DNA from: an uncultured delta proteobacterium
GTDB lineage: Bacteria; Myxococcota; Myxococcia; Myxococcales; Myxococcaceae
Assembly: GCA_963796055.1 (NCBI GenBank)
Contig: CAWCKH010000004.1
Span: 544,001-608,000 of the forward strand
Direction: 5' to 3'
DNA: 64,000 bases
The position numbers and the translations under genes are program-made. The notes below the pieces were generated by a model that searched no databases, was not told the origin of the DNA, and worked only from the letters and a program-made list of their open reading frames with translations. Below, piece by piece: positions 53,217 to 63,900 of this stretch (positions within the stretch are counted from its first letter, which is position 1; every line of letters starts with the position of its first letter).

Positions 53217-54644
53217 TCAGCGTTCCTCCTCGAAGAGCGCTTCCACCGTGCCCTTCTCGACGGCGCGCGCGAATGCGGCGTGGTCGCTCTCGTTCTGGTC
53301 GGCGTAGGCCAGGGCGAACTTCACGATGGCCTGGTCGAAGGCATCGCTCTTCCCCATGTAGCCGCTCAGGACCGCGGCGGGGCCGGAGCGTGCGTGCGCG
53401 AGAGCGAGCGCCCGTCCGGTCCACTCGGCGAAGATCTCCATCTCGTCGCGTCCCCAGATCTCCACCAACGGGCTGATCTTCATGTCCCGGAGCTGGCGCA
53501 GGAAGTAGTGCCGCCTGGGACCCTGTGTCCATCCGAGGAACATGTCGCTGGCCGGCTGCATCAGCCGATAGCCGTCGACGACTCGTTGACCGTGGTTGGG
53601 GAAGACACTGGCCCCGGCGAACTGCTCCAGGACCGAGGCCCTCGCCTCCTTGATCTGCAGGAAGAGCGGGTCCCCCTCGCCCGCGGTGAACAGCGCGACC
53701 CAGCACGCGGTCCCCACGCTGCCGATCCCCACGACCTTGATCGCGATGTCCCGCAGGTCATAACGACCGAGGAGGGCTCCGTACGCAGATGGGAGCGAGT
53801 CACGGTACGTGTCGAGGGCCTGTCGCAGGACGCGCTGGATCTCACCGGGCGGGTAGCCCTCGGCGTGGAAGATGGTGGGGAGCTGATCCTTGATGACCGG
53901 CTTCTCACCCTTGTGCTCCACGAGCTTGGGGAACAGCTCCTCGGCGGTGCTCTTCCCGCGCTCCCTCTCGATGCGCTTGAGCGCCCGGTCGCGGACGTCC
54001 GGATCCGGGATGCGCGCCACAAGATCCTCCAGGGGCAGCGACTGGTACCAGACCTCCAGCGTGTTCAGCTCGCTGAACTCCGCCATGGACTCCCGGTAGG
54101 TCCGGACGCACTCGAGCACCACGTCCCTGGCGCTGGCGTCGCTCAGCCGGTTGTCCCGGCAGGCGACGACGAAGCTCGCGGCGAGTCGCTTCACGTCCCA
54201 CTCCCAGGGGGCCGGAAGCGTCTCGTCGAGGTCGTTGATGGAGAAGATGACCCGTCGCTCCGGCGTGGCGAATCCACCGAAGTTGCAGAGGTGGGCGTCT
54301 CCACAGCACTGGACATGGACCCCGGTGGCCGGCGTGGAGGCCAGGTCGGACGCCATGGTGAGCGCCGCCCCGCGGTAGAAGGTGAACGCCGAACGGACCA
54401 TCCGCCCGTGGCGGAGCGGCAGCAACTCGGCAATCCGTCCCTTCTCCGCCCGGAGGATCAGCTCGACCGGGCCCAGTCGATTGGAGGCCGGGCTCCAGGC
54501 GCCATGCGAGCTGCGGGGGCAGGTCTCCCGGAGCGCCTTGCCGGCGGCGTAGCGCTCCTCGCGCGTCCATCGATGGGCGGTGTCATCGAGAATGGCCTGA
54601 CGCCGCTCTGCTGGCGCGGGTTTCACGACTCTGAGCGTGGTCAC
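53217..54644 (-). CDS. DUF2252 domain protein (kinase-like)
   Basis: RHGRMVRSAFTFYRGAA, CGDAHLCNFG, INDLDET, WEWDVKRL, KVVGIGSVGT, RQLRDMK; GTG start after AAGGAG. Confidence 0.9.
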   Translation of the reverse strand: MTTLRVVKPAPAERRQAILDDTAHRWTREERYAAGKALRETCPRSSHGAWSPASNRLGPVELILRAEKGRIAELLPLRHGRMVRSAFTFYRGAALTMASDLASTPATGVHVQCCGDAHLCNFGGFATPERRVIFSINDLDETLPAPWEWDVKRLAASFVVACRDNRLSDASARDVVLECVRTYRESMAEFSELNTLEVWYQSLPLEDLVARIPDPDVRDRALKRIERERGKSTAEELFPKLVEHKGEKPVIKDQLPTIFHAEGYPPGEIQRVLRQALDTYRDSLPSAYGALLGRYDLRDIAIKVVGIGSVGTACWVALFTAGEGDPLFLQIKEARASVLEQFAGASVFPNHGQRVVDGYRLMQPASDMFLGWTQGPRRHYFLRQLRDMKISPLVEIWGRDEMEIFAEWTGRALALAHARSGPAAVLSGYMGKSDAFDQAIVKFALAYADQNESDHAAFARAVEKGTVEALFEEER

Positions 54645-55031
54645 CGGAGTCTCCTTGGCGGTCCCGCTCTGACCTGCACCCCGCGTGCCGCGAGTCGTAG
54701 CGGCCCCTCGCTCGCGCCCTGGTCGCTGGCGCAGCTGTCGCCGGTGGCGGGGCGGGCCGTCGTCCGAGGCGGCCCGCAGGCGGAGGCCGGGATCCGTTGC
54801 GATCGAAAGGCTTGGGCCGTCAGCTCCCCCGACCTCCGCAGCACGGCGCGCCAACTGGACCCCGGCGCGCAGGTTCTGCGCGGCCGACAGAGCGCCGTCC
54901 GCTCTCGCCAGACGCCGGTGTGGATGCTCACGGCGACCGCGGCGACTTCGTGGACTACCGCGGCGAGACCGGTGCGCTCCCCGGCTTCGAGCGGCCCGAG
55001 GGCGAACGCACAATCGTGGTCCCGGGGCACC

Positions 55032-56492
55032 TCACTTCACGGCGGCGGTGAAGACCTCCTCCATCGCCATGCCCGTCCGGCAGCCAGGTGAAAGGTCGGA
55101 GTTGGCGCGGGAGTCTGTCCAGATGGGGTGGGCCACGCCCCCATGCGAGGCCACGCCCTCGTAGTCCCCTTGCTGGTTGCCATAGTTGATGGCCGGGCAC
55201 GGGAAGAGGCCGTTGCAGTCGTGCTCGTTGGATGACTCGGTCGACACCCGGACGTCGGGAGCGAAGGTGGCTCCACCGTCCTTCGAGCGCGCGAGGTAGA
55301 CGTCGGTCTCGTAGCGCTGGCCGGTGGTGTCGTTGCGGGTGTCGTAGAAGGAGACGACGACGTCACCGGTCACGGGGTCGACCGCGAGCCAGTGGTTGAA
55401 GCGGTCCACCGGGAACGACAGCCGGTCCCCCACGGGGCGCGCCGGGGACCAGTCGGAGCCACCGTCGTCCGAGGTGGAGAGGAAGATGTCGGTTCCCTGC
55501 GCGCCGGCGTCCATCCACGCGCAGTAGAGCCGGCCCCGGTGCGCACCGGTCGAGCGGTCGGCGTCACAGGCCGGATACACCAGCGCGTGCCGGATGAACT
55601 CGGCGGGGATGGCGGCCTCGAACGGGATGGTCTTGGGGGAGATGACCACCTGGGAGGTGAAGCTCACTCCGCCGTCGAAGGACCGGCTGAAGGCGATGGT
55701 GTTCGCGGAGTAGTCGTTCCACGCGACGTAGAGTTCCCCGCTGGGACCGGTGAAGGGCACGGCGCCAATGGCCCGACCCGGCCCATGCGGTTCGTCGGCG
55801 CGCACGATGCCGAAGCTGCCGCCGTGGTCCTTCGAGGTGGCGACCAGCACGCCACCACCGGTGGCCGACCCGCCGCTCGCCGCGTCCCAGGCAATGTAGA
55901 CCCGGTCCCGATACGGCGAGCCGAGGGTCCGGTCGGTGGTGATCATCGGCTTGTCGTTGAAGTGGTTCGCCCCGCCGGAGAAGCTGAAGTAGGTCGGCGT
56001 CCAGCTCTTCCCGTTGTCGGTCGAGCGAGACACGGCCATCTCCGTCCCGTTGACCCCGTTTCCGTTGCCGAAGAAGACCACGATGTACCCGTAGAAGAGC
56101 GTCCCGTTGGTGTCGTAGGCCAGCGACGGGTCGGACCCGAACCTCGCCCCGTTGGCTCCCTGCGCTGGGGGGAGCGGCAGGTCCGAGCCGGTCCAGGTCT
56201 TCCCGCCGTCGCTCGATCCGTAGCCGCGCATCGGATCCCGGAAGATCTCGTTCGAGCCGCCGGCGATCCTCTTGCCGTCGAACATCGTGATGAACGTCTC
56301 GCTCTGCGGACCGCACTCGTTCGAGACGTTCACGTTCGAGCCCACTGCAACCGAGGACGTGGTGCCGGCCGCCGGGTCCGCGCCGCTCTGGATGAACTGG
56401 TACTTCTCCCACCAGGTGGGGTCACCTGAGCTCCCTCCCAGAGCAGGGGCAGCGAGGACGACTCCGAGCAGGAAGACGACGCGAGCGTGCAT
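55032..56492 (-). CDS. secreted BNR/Asp-box (sialidase-like) beta-propeller protein
   Basis: Signal peptide; repeated S.DGG.T/SW/F Asp-boxes; GPQSET, FNDKP, QGDYEG. Confidence 0.85.
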   Translation of the reverse strand: MHARVVFLLGVVLAAPALGGSSGDPTWWEKYQFIQSGADPAAGTTSSVAVGSNVNVSNECGPQSETFITMFDGKRIAGGSNEIFRDPMRGYGSSDGGKTWTGSDLPLPPAQGANGARFGSDPSLAYDTNGTLFYGYIVVFFGNGNGVNGTEMAVSRSTDNGKSWTPTYFSFSGGANHFNDKPMITTDRTLGSPYRDRVYIAWDAASGGSATGGGVLVATSKDHGGSFGIVRADEPHGPGRAIGAVPFTGPSGELYVAWNDYSANTIAFSRSFDGGVSFTSQVVISPKTIPFEAAIPAEFIRHALVYPACDADRSTGAHRGRLYCAWMDAGAQGTDIFLSTSDDGGSDWSPARPVGDRLSFPVDRFNHWLAVDPVTGDVVVSFYDTRNDTTGQRYETDVYLARSKDGGATFAPDVRVSTESSNEHDCNGLFPCPAINYGNQQGDYEGVASHGGVAHPIWTDSRANSDLSPGCRTGMAMEEVFTAAVK

Positions 56493-56613
56493 GGTGACCC
56501 CTCCGGCGAGCGACGGAGCATGCATCTCGGCGGCTGGAAGACAACCCGAAAGTCGAGGTGGATCCGCAAGTCGAACGCCCGGCAGCCTGGGTGCTCCCTG
56601 CGACTGCGATGCG

Positions 56614-58356
56614 TCAGGCCTGCGAGACCGGCGCGTCGGCAGCAGGCGCGGCGTCACGCTTCATCCGGTACATCGCCCGGTCGGCGAACTGGAGGAGCTC
56701 GGACGCCGAGCCCCCATCCTCGGGCCAGAGGGCCACCCCGATGCTCACCCCCACCTGCGGCTTGGAGGGAAGCGCCGGCATCGGCTCGACAATGGCGCGC
56801 ACCAGCTTGGCCGCAACCTCGTCGGCGATCGCCCGGGTCTTGACGCCCTCGAGCACCACCGCGAACTCGTCGCCGCCCACCCTCGCCACCAGATCGCTCG
56901 CCCGGACGTGCTCGCGCAGTCGCCGGGCCACCTCCTTCAGCGCCTGGTCCCCGGCGGCGTGACCCAGCCGGTCGTTGATCGCCTTGAACTGGTTCAGGTC
57001 GGCGAAGAGGATGCCGAAGGGCTGACCGCTGTGCCCGGCACGGGCGATGGCCTCGAGCACTGCCTGCTCCAGCCGGCTCCGGTTTGCCGCGCCGGTGAGC
57101 GGGTCGGACTCCGCCGCCCGCACCAGCCGTTCGGCCTCGTGCCTTTGCGCGGTCACGTCGCGGGCGACCGCGTGGAGCACGCGCGAGCCCGCCGCTGGCG
57201 GCGGGGTGCGCCACGCCAGCCAACGCCAGCTCCCGTCCTTGCACCGGTAGCGGTTCTCGAAGCCGGCGGTGGCGCGGCCCTCCTCCAGCTGCCGCAGCGC
57301 CTCCTCGGTGGCGGCCACGTCGTCGGGGTGGACCAGGTCCAGAAGGGGACGGCCGAGGAGCTCGTCGGGGGCCCAGCCGAGCGTGGATTCGAAGCTGCGG
57401 CTCACCTTGAGAAAGCCGCTGTCGAGGTCGGCCACGGCCAGGAGATCGAGCGCGAGCTCGAAGAACTCCTCCCGCTCCTGCTCCAGCCGGCGGCGCTCGG
57501 TGATGTCGTTGAGGCAGCCGATGAAGCCGCTCACCCGTCCCACGTCGTCGGAGAGGATGCGCGCGGTGGCCAGGACCCAGCGGACCTCCCCGTCGGGGCG
57601 GCGGAAGCGGAGCTCACCGGAGTAGGGCTCGCCGGTGCGCACCGACCGGGCCCACGCGGCGAGCACCGTCTCGCGGTCGTCCGGATGAAGCGCGGTCGCC
57701 CAGCCTTCTCCGAGCGCCGTCTGCGGCTCGAGTCCAGTGATCTCGGTCCAGGCCTCGTTGACGTACTGAACCTGGCCACCGGGCCCGGTCAGGAAGATGC
57801 CCACCGGGGCCTGGGTGCTGAGCCCCCGGAAGCGCGCCTCGCTGGCCCGGATCGCCGCCTCGTGCGTCCGCCGGGCGGTGATGTCCTGGAAGGAGCACAC
57901 CACGCCCTGCAGCGGCCCGGAGTGTCCGTCCCGGAGGGGCTGGGTATTGATGCTGATCCACCGCGTTCCCCCGCTCGGCAGACGCACCCCCATCAGAACG
58001 CCGAGCAGCGGCTCGCCGGTTCGCAGGGTCACCATCGCCGGATGGTGCTCTCCCGGGAATGGCGAGCCGTCGGCGTGCACCGCCGCCCAGCTCGGATCCA
58101 GCGAGCTGCGACCGGTGAGCTGCTCCGCGGTGAGCCCCAGGATGCGCAGGGCGCTGGCGTTGAAGGCGACGGTCTTCCCGGTGACGTCCTGCACCACGAT
58201 GCCTTCCACCAGCGAGGCCAGCACCGATTCGTAGAGCACCACCTGGCCACGCAGGGCCTGCTCCACCGCCTCGACGTCGGCGAGGCTGGTGCGCAGCCGC
58301 TTCAGCGCGTCCGCCGCGACCGCCTTGTTCGAGGCGCCGTTCCCCGCGTCCAGCAT
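56614..58356 (-). CDS. multi-PAS diguanylate cyclase
   Basis: Three PAS/PAC domains (..FQDIT, ..LNDITER, ..ARDVT), DPLTG, DLNQFKAIND..GH, RASD I-site, GGDEF intact. Confidence 0.93.
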   Translation of the reverse strand: MLDAGNGASNKAVAADALKRLRTSLADVEAVEQALRGQVVLYESVLASLVEGIVVQDVTGKTVAFNASALRILGLTAEQLTGRSSLDPSWAAVHADGSPFPGEHHPAMVTLRTGEPLLGVLMGVRLPSGGTRWISINTQPLRDGHSGPLQGVVCSFQDITARRTHEAAIRASEARFRGLSTQAPVGIFLTGPGGQVQYVNEAWTEITGLEPQTALGEGWATALHPDDRETVLAAWARSVRTGEPYSGELRFRRPDGEVRWVLATARILSDDVGRVSGFIGCLNDITERRRLEQEREEFFELALDLLAVADLDSGFLKVSRSFESTLGWAPDELLGRPLLDLVHPDDVAATEEALRQLEEGRATAGFENRYRCKDGSWRWLAWRTPPPAAGSRVLHAVARDVTAQRHEAERLVRAAESDPLTGAANRSRLEQAVLEAIARAGHSGQPFGILFADLNQFKAINDRLGHAAGDQALKEVARRLREHVRASDLVARVGGDEFAVVLEGVKTRAIADEVAAKLVRAIVEPMPALPSKPQVGVSIGVALWPEDGGSASELLQFADRAMYRMKRDAAPAADAPVSQA

Positions 58357-58482
58357 CGTGGACCGCGAGTCTTCCACAGCACCGCCTGAACTTTGCGCGC
58401 GCGCCTCTTCGACCACCCGCGCGCACGTCGCCGGCACGCGTACCTGGTCGCACCCGCGACTCGTCCGGGGAGCTACAGTCCC

Positions 58483-58686
58483 GACCATCGCTTCCCCGAG
58501 CACGCGGCGCGCGCCTGTCTCCGCGAGGCAAACATCGGGGTGGAGGCGCTGGACTGCGTCGCGTTCTACGACAAGCCGTTTCTCAAGTTCGACCGCATCC
58601 TCGAGACCCACCTGGCCATCGCTCCCCGCGGGCTCCCGGCGTTCGTCCAGGCCATCCCCGCCTGGCTGGGAGAGAAGCTCTGGCTC
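58483..58686 (+). pseudogene. NodU/CmcH carbamoyltransferase N-terminal fragment
   Basis: DHRFPEHAARACLREA...VAFYDKPFLKFDRILETHLAIAPRGLPAFVQAIPAWLGEKLW; no start, rest missing. Confidence 0.75.
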
Positions 58687-59009
58687 ATCTCGGGCGCGCG
58701 ACCTGGACACCCTCCGCTTCCGCGCCGACGCCCGTCTGGTCCAGCTCACCGCCGAGGTGGCGCGGGCCGCCGGCGTGGAGCTGGTGGACGGCGCCGCCGC
58801 GCTCGCCGCGGCCATTCGAGTACCCGCCGTTCCCCGGGCAGATCGACCACGCCGTCCAGGTGCAGCAGCTGGAGCAGGTCCGGGACGCGGGGGCGAACGA
58901 GCCGTTCGAGCAGACCGAGGCCCGCTACCAGGAGGTGCTCCGCTTCCGCCCCGGCGACCCGCAGGCCCGGGCCACCCTGGCGGCGCTGCAGACGCGACGG
59001 CCCCGCTAG
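58687..59009 (+). pseudogene. fragments of a TPR/SGNH-like protein
   Basis: ARDLDTLRFRADARL... then shifted YPPFPGQIDH...YQEVLRFRPGDPQARATLAAL..stop. Confidence 0.5.
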
Positions 59010-59089
59010 GTCAGGGCGGCCGCAGTCAGCCATGCCCTACAGGCTCCTGGCGCCCCCAGTCCACCGGTTCCGCTACAGTCGCCCCGCCC

Positions 59090-59551
59090 GTGCCGCCTCC
59101 CCGCCCGACCCCCGACGAGCTCACCGCCCTGGCCGAGCTCTGGAACAGGAGCGAGGTGCTGCGCCACCACGGAATGCGGGTGGCGTTCCAGCCGGATCGA
59201 GTGGTGGTGGAGCTCCCGGAGGTCCGCCCGGAGCACCTCGGGGGGCTGGGGACCACGGCGGTCAACGGCATGGTGCTGGCCGGTCTCTTCGACCTCGCGG
59301 TGGGCAGCACGGTGGTCCTGGTGGACCCGCGCCGGCGGAGCGCGACGATGCAGCTGTCGATGAGCTTCGAGCGGGCGGTGTTCGGGCGCTCGGCCCGGTG
59401 CGAGGCGTGGATCGACCGCAAGGGCCAGCGGACGATCTTCGCCAGCGCACGCATCCTCGACGACCGGGGACAGGTCTGCGCGCGCTGCCAGGCCGTGGTG
59501 GCCGTGAGCCGCCAGGCGCAGGACGCGCCGCAGGGCGCACCGGGCGGCTGA
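59090..59551 (+). CDS. PaaI-family hotdog thioesterase
   Basis: HLGGLGTTAVNGMVLAGLFDLAVG, ATMQLSMSFER, IFASARI. Confidence 0.85.
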   Translation: MPPPRPTPDELTALAELWNRSEVLRHHGMRVAFQPDRVVVELPEVRPEHLGGLGTTAVNGMVLAGLFDLAVGSTVVLVDPRRRSATMQLSMSFERAVFGRSARCEAWIDRKGQRTIFASARILDDRGQVCARCQAVVAVSRQAQDAPQGAPGG

Positions 59552-59709
59552 GCGGCACGGCCCGGAGCATGCCCCCGAATGTGAGGCATGCATCGCGCTG
59601 ATGGTCATCGTGACCCTGGGGGGCTGCCTGGAGCACAGGTACGGCCTCGGCCGGAGCAACAGTTGCTCGGACGGAGCAGAGGAGCTCGATGCGCGTTAGC
59701 CGACCGGCG

Positions 59710-60900
59710 ATGGACGACGCCCGAGACGAGCGGCGGCTCACCCTGGCGTTGTTCGCCGTGGCCTGGGGCGCCAACCAGTTCACCCCGCTGCTCCTGGTCT
59801 ACCGGCAGCAGTTCGGGTTCGGGCCCGCGGTCCTCGGCGCGCTCTGGGGCTGCTACGCGGTGGGGCTCGTCCCGGGGCTGCTGGCCGGCGGCGCCGCCTC
59901 GGACACCCGCGGCCGGCGACCGGTAGTCATCCCCTTCTTCTTCCTCTCGCTCCTCGCCACGGGCGTGTTGATCGCCGGGGCGGTGTGGAGCCCCGCCCTG
60001 GCGCTGGGCCGCCTGGTGGCAGGCGTGGTCTCGGGAGTGGTGTTCGGCGCGGGCTCGGCGTGGCTGGTCGAGCTGTCCGAGGCCCTGCACACCCGGCGCG
60101 CGGCGCTGGCGGTGACCGCCGGGTTCTGTCTGGGGCCACTGGCCGCGGGGCTCCTCGCCGACGCGCTCCCCTGGCCGGCGGTGGTGCCGTACTTGCCCCA
60201 TCTCCTCTTGATGGCCGCGGCACTGCCGGGAGTCCTGTCGGCGCGCGAGACGCTCCGTCCCGGGACCCAGGCCCGACGCGTGCCACCCTCGGCCGAGGTC
60301 CGCCGGCGCTTCCGGCACGCGGTCGCACCGGTCGCGCCCTTCGTGTTCGCCAGCGTGGCCGTGGCCTTCGTGGTGCTGCCCACGCGCTTCCCGCCGTTGC
60401 CGCACCCGGTGGCGCTGGTGGGCCTCATGACCGGGGTGACCCTGGGCATCGGCGCCGCCATCCAGTCGCTCGGCCGACGGCTGGAGGCGTCGCGACCGGG
60501 CCGCTCGGCCGTGGTGGGGCTGGCGGTCGCCACCCTGGGCTGGGCGGTGGCGGCGTGGACGGCCCGGAGCCCGACGCTGCCCGGCGTGCTGGTGTCGATG
60601 GGTCTCTTGGGAAGCGCCTATGGCCTCTGCCTCGTCGGTGGCCTCTCGGCGGCCGGCCTGCTGGCGGACGCCGGCACTCGCGGCACGCTGGTCGGCTGGT
60701 TCTACGCCTGGGCGTACCTGGGCTTCGGCGCGCCCTTCCTCATCGCCTGGCTCAGCCGCTTCATCGACATGCCGCGGGTCCTCCTCGGCGGCAGCGCGAT
60801 CGCGGCGGTGGCGGCGGTGACGGTCGCCCGCGAGCTGGCGCGCTGGACGGCGCCCTCCGCTGCGGGGGCGGCGCCCTCGGCCGCGCTCCGCCAACCCTGA
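59710..60900 (+). CDS. MFS transporter
   Basis: AWGANQFTPLL, GAASDTRGRRPV motif A, GRLVAG; about 12 TM. Confidence 0.9.
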   Translation: MDDARDERRLTLALFAVAWGANQFTPLLLVYRQQFGFGPAVLGALWGCYAVGLVPGLLAGGAASDTRGRRPVVIPFFFLSLLATGVLIAGAVWSPALALGRLVAGVVSGVVFGAGSAWLVELSEALHTRRAALAVTAGFCLGPLAAGLLADALPWPAVVPYLPHLLLMAAALPGVLSARETLRPGTQARRVPPSAEVRRRFRHAVAPVAPFVFASVAVAFVVLPTRFPPLPHPVALVGLMTGVTLGIGAAIQSLGRRLEASRPGRSAVVGLAVATLGWAVAAWTARSPTLPGVLVSMGLLGSAYGLCLVGGLSAAGLLADAGTRGTLVGWFYAWAYLGFGAPFLIAWLSRFIDMPRVLLGGSAIAAVAAVTVARELARWTAPSAAGAAPSAALRQP

Positions 60901-60986
60901 GTCGGGGCCACCCCCACTCACCACGGCGCTGGCCCGACTGGTGAGAACGTGACTACCCTCGCCCCTTCGATGGAGGGGAGAGGCGA

Positions 60987-63900
60987 ATGAGCGGGAAGCC
61001 GAGCGAGTCGGGCACTCCCGCGGAGCCAGCCCCCGACGAGCCCGGCGCCACCTTCGTCCGGCATCCCTCCGACCAGCGCACTGCGGAGCTCCTGCCTTCG
61101 CCATCGCTGCCCACCGGTGACGGAGATCCGGATCTCCCGCGGTTGCGCCCCGAGGAGCTGCTCGCCGGCCGCTTCTCCATCGTCCGCTTCATCGCCCGGG
61201 GCGGCATGGGGGCGGTCTACGAGGCCCAGGACCTGAGCCTCCGGACCCGAGTGGCGCTGAAGATCATCCACAGCGCCCTTCTGGCCGAGTCCTCGGCCCT
61301 GGAACGCTTCCGGCGCGAGGTGCTGCTGGCCCGCCGCGTGGGCCACCCTAACGTCTGCCACGTCTACGAGTTCTACGACGCCCGGACGGCGGAGGGAGTT
61401 CCGGTCCACTTCCTCACCATGGAGCTGCTCGAGGGCGAGACGCTCACCCAGCGGCTCCGCCAGCGAGGGCGGATGAGCACCGCGGAGGCGCTGCCGCTGG
61501 TGCTCCAGATGTGCGACGGGCTCGCGGCCGCCCACGCCGAGGGCGTCGTCCACCGGGACTTCAAGAGCAGCAACGTCCTGCTGGTCCAGCGGCGTGGCCC
61601 CTCCGGCGACTCGGGGACGACCCGCGCGGTGATTACCGACTTCGGTATCGCCCGGCCGCTGGAGATGGGAGCGGAGCCGGGGCTGACCGGTGGCGCAGGG
61701 ATGATCGGCACGCCGGAGTACATGGCCCCCGAGCAGGTGACCGGGGGCGCCATCACCCCCAGCACCGACCTCTACGCGCTCGGCGTCGTCATGTACGAGA
61801 TGGTGACCGGCGAGCTGCCCTTCACCGGCGACACGCCGCTCGCCGCCGCGGCAAAGCGCATCCAGGAGATGCCGCGCGCGCCGCACACCGTGCTCCCCGG
61901 CCTCGACCGGCGCTGGAGCGAGGTCATCCTCCGCTGCCTGGCCCGCGAACCCGAGCGGCGCTTCCGTACCGCAGAGCACGTGCGGGCCGCCCTGCTCGCC
62001 CCGGCCAGGCACCCGGTGCGCAGGGCAGGGCTGGTGGCCGGCGTGGCCCTCGCGCTCACCGCGGCCGTGGTCCTCGCCTCGCTCTACGTTCGCCGGGAGG
62101 GGCGGGTGCGCTGGGCGCGCGACGTCGCGCTTCCGAAGGTGGTCGAGCTGGTGGAGCTGAACAAGTACCCCGAGGCGATGGCCCTCGCCGAGCAGGTTCA
62201 GCAGGTCCTCCCCGACGACCCGAAGCTCCGGAAGCTCTTGCCGGAGATGTCCCGGCTCTACACGGTGGAGACCGCGCCGCCCGGGGCGACGGTGGAGGTG
62301 AAGCCGTACGGCGCGGCCGACGGCGCGTGGCGGAAGCTGGGAACCACCCCGCTCCGCGGCTTCCGGCTGCCGTACGGTCTGTACGTCTGGCGCATCTTCT
62401 CACCCGGGTACGAGCCGGTGACCCTCGCCTACCCAGGGGCCTATGCACCACCGGAGACCACCCTGACCCTGGCCCTGGACCGCGTCGGAGCGGTTCCTCC
62501 GGACATGGTGCGTGTCCCGGGCGGCAGCGTGGATCTCCCCATCCCCGGCCTCGACCATCTTCCGAAGGTCTTCCTCGGCGACTACCTCGTCGATCGCACC
62601 GAGGTCACCAATCGCCAGTTCAAGCGTTTCGTGGACGCCGGCGGTTACCAGCGCCGGGAGCTCTGGAAGGAGCCCTTCGTCCAGGGCGGCCGGACCCTCG
62701 GCTGGGAGCAGGCGATGGCGCTGTTGCACGACCGCACCGGCCGACCCGGTCCAGCGACCTGGGACCTCGGCGACTATCCGGACGGGCAGGCCGACCATCC
62801 GGTCACCGGGGTGAGCTGGTACGAGGCAGCGGCGTACGCCGCGTTCGTCGGCAAGGAGCTGCCCAGCACGTACCAGTGGGCCCATTCCGCAGGGACGTAT
62901 CTGGCCCCGCAGATCGTCCCCGCGAGCAACTTCCGCAACGCCGGAACCGTGCCGGTGGCGACCCTCGGGGCCATCAACCCGTACGGCACCCACGACATGG
63001 CCGGGAACGCCAAGGAGTGGTGCAGGAACGCGGTGAAGGACGGCCGGCGCTTCATCCTGGGCGGCGGCTGGAACGAGCCGTCGTACATGTTCAACGACCC
63101 CGACGCGCAGGATCCATTCACCCGGGGAGTGGCGTACGGACTCCGGCTGGTGAAGCCGCTCGACGATCGGACCGCTCCCGAGGCCTCGGCGGTCATCCCG
63201 CTCGCGGAGCGCGACTACTCCCGGGAGACGCCGGTTCGGCCCGAGATCGCGCAGGCGTACCGGCGCCTCTACGCCTACGACCGGACTCCGCTCGATGCGC
63301 GGACCGAGGAGATCGACGAGAGCTCGGACCGGTGGAGGGTGGAGAAGGTCAGCTTCAACGCCGCGTACGGAGGAGAACGGGTCACGGCGTATCTGCTGAC
63401 GCCGCGGACCGGGCGCCCGCCGTACCCGCTGGTGGTGTTCTTCCCCGGCTCGAACGCGATCCACGAGCGCTCGAGCAAGGACCTTCCCGGGAAGCGCCTG
63501 CTGATCCCCATCGTCCGGAGCGGGCGCGCGGTGCTCTACCCGGTGTTCAAATCCACCTTCGAACGCGCGGATGCGCTCGACTCGGACTACCAGGCGCCGA
63601 CGACCTTCTACCGGGACCACGTGATCATGTGGTCGAAGGACCTCGGCCGTAGCATCGACTGGGCCGAGACGCGGCAGGACCTCGATGCGAAGCGGGTCGC
63701 CTACTACGGCGCGAGCTGGGGCGCCTTCCTCGGTCCGGTGATGATGGCAGTGGAGGAGCGGATCAAGGCCGGGCTCTGGGTGGGCGGCGGGCTGGAGTCC
63801 CAGGGAAGTCTCCCCGAGGCCGACCCCTTCAACTTCCTCGGCCTGGTCCGCCAGCCGGTGCTGATGGTCAACGGGCGCTACGACTTCTTCTTTCCCGTCG

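Noticed and set aside
54641..55030. 129-aa - strand ORF between DUF2252 and the BNR protein
   Set aside because: No recognisable motifs and Arg/Ala/Pro-rich composition; coding status unsupported
56520..56610. Possible c-di-GMP riboswitch near the GGDEF gene (GAAA and GCAA elements)
   Set aside because: I could not build the two-stem GEMM structure and it is on the wrong strand for the downstream gene; an Rfam/Infernal scan would be decisive
59585..59700. Short lipobox-like frame (CIALMVIVTLGGC...)
   Set aside because: No convincing start or recognisable domain; may be another remnant but cannot be supported
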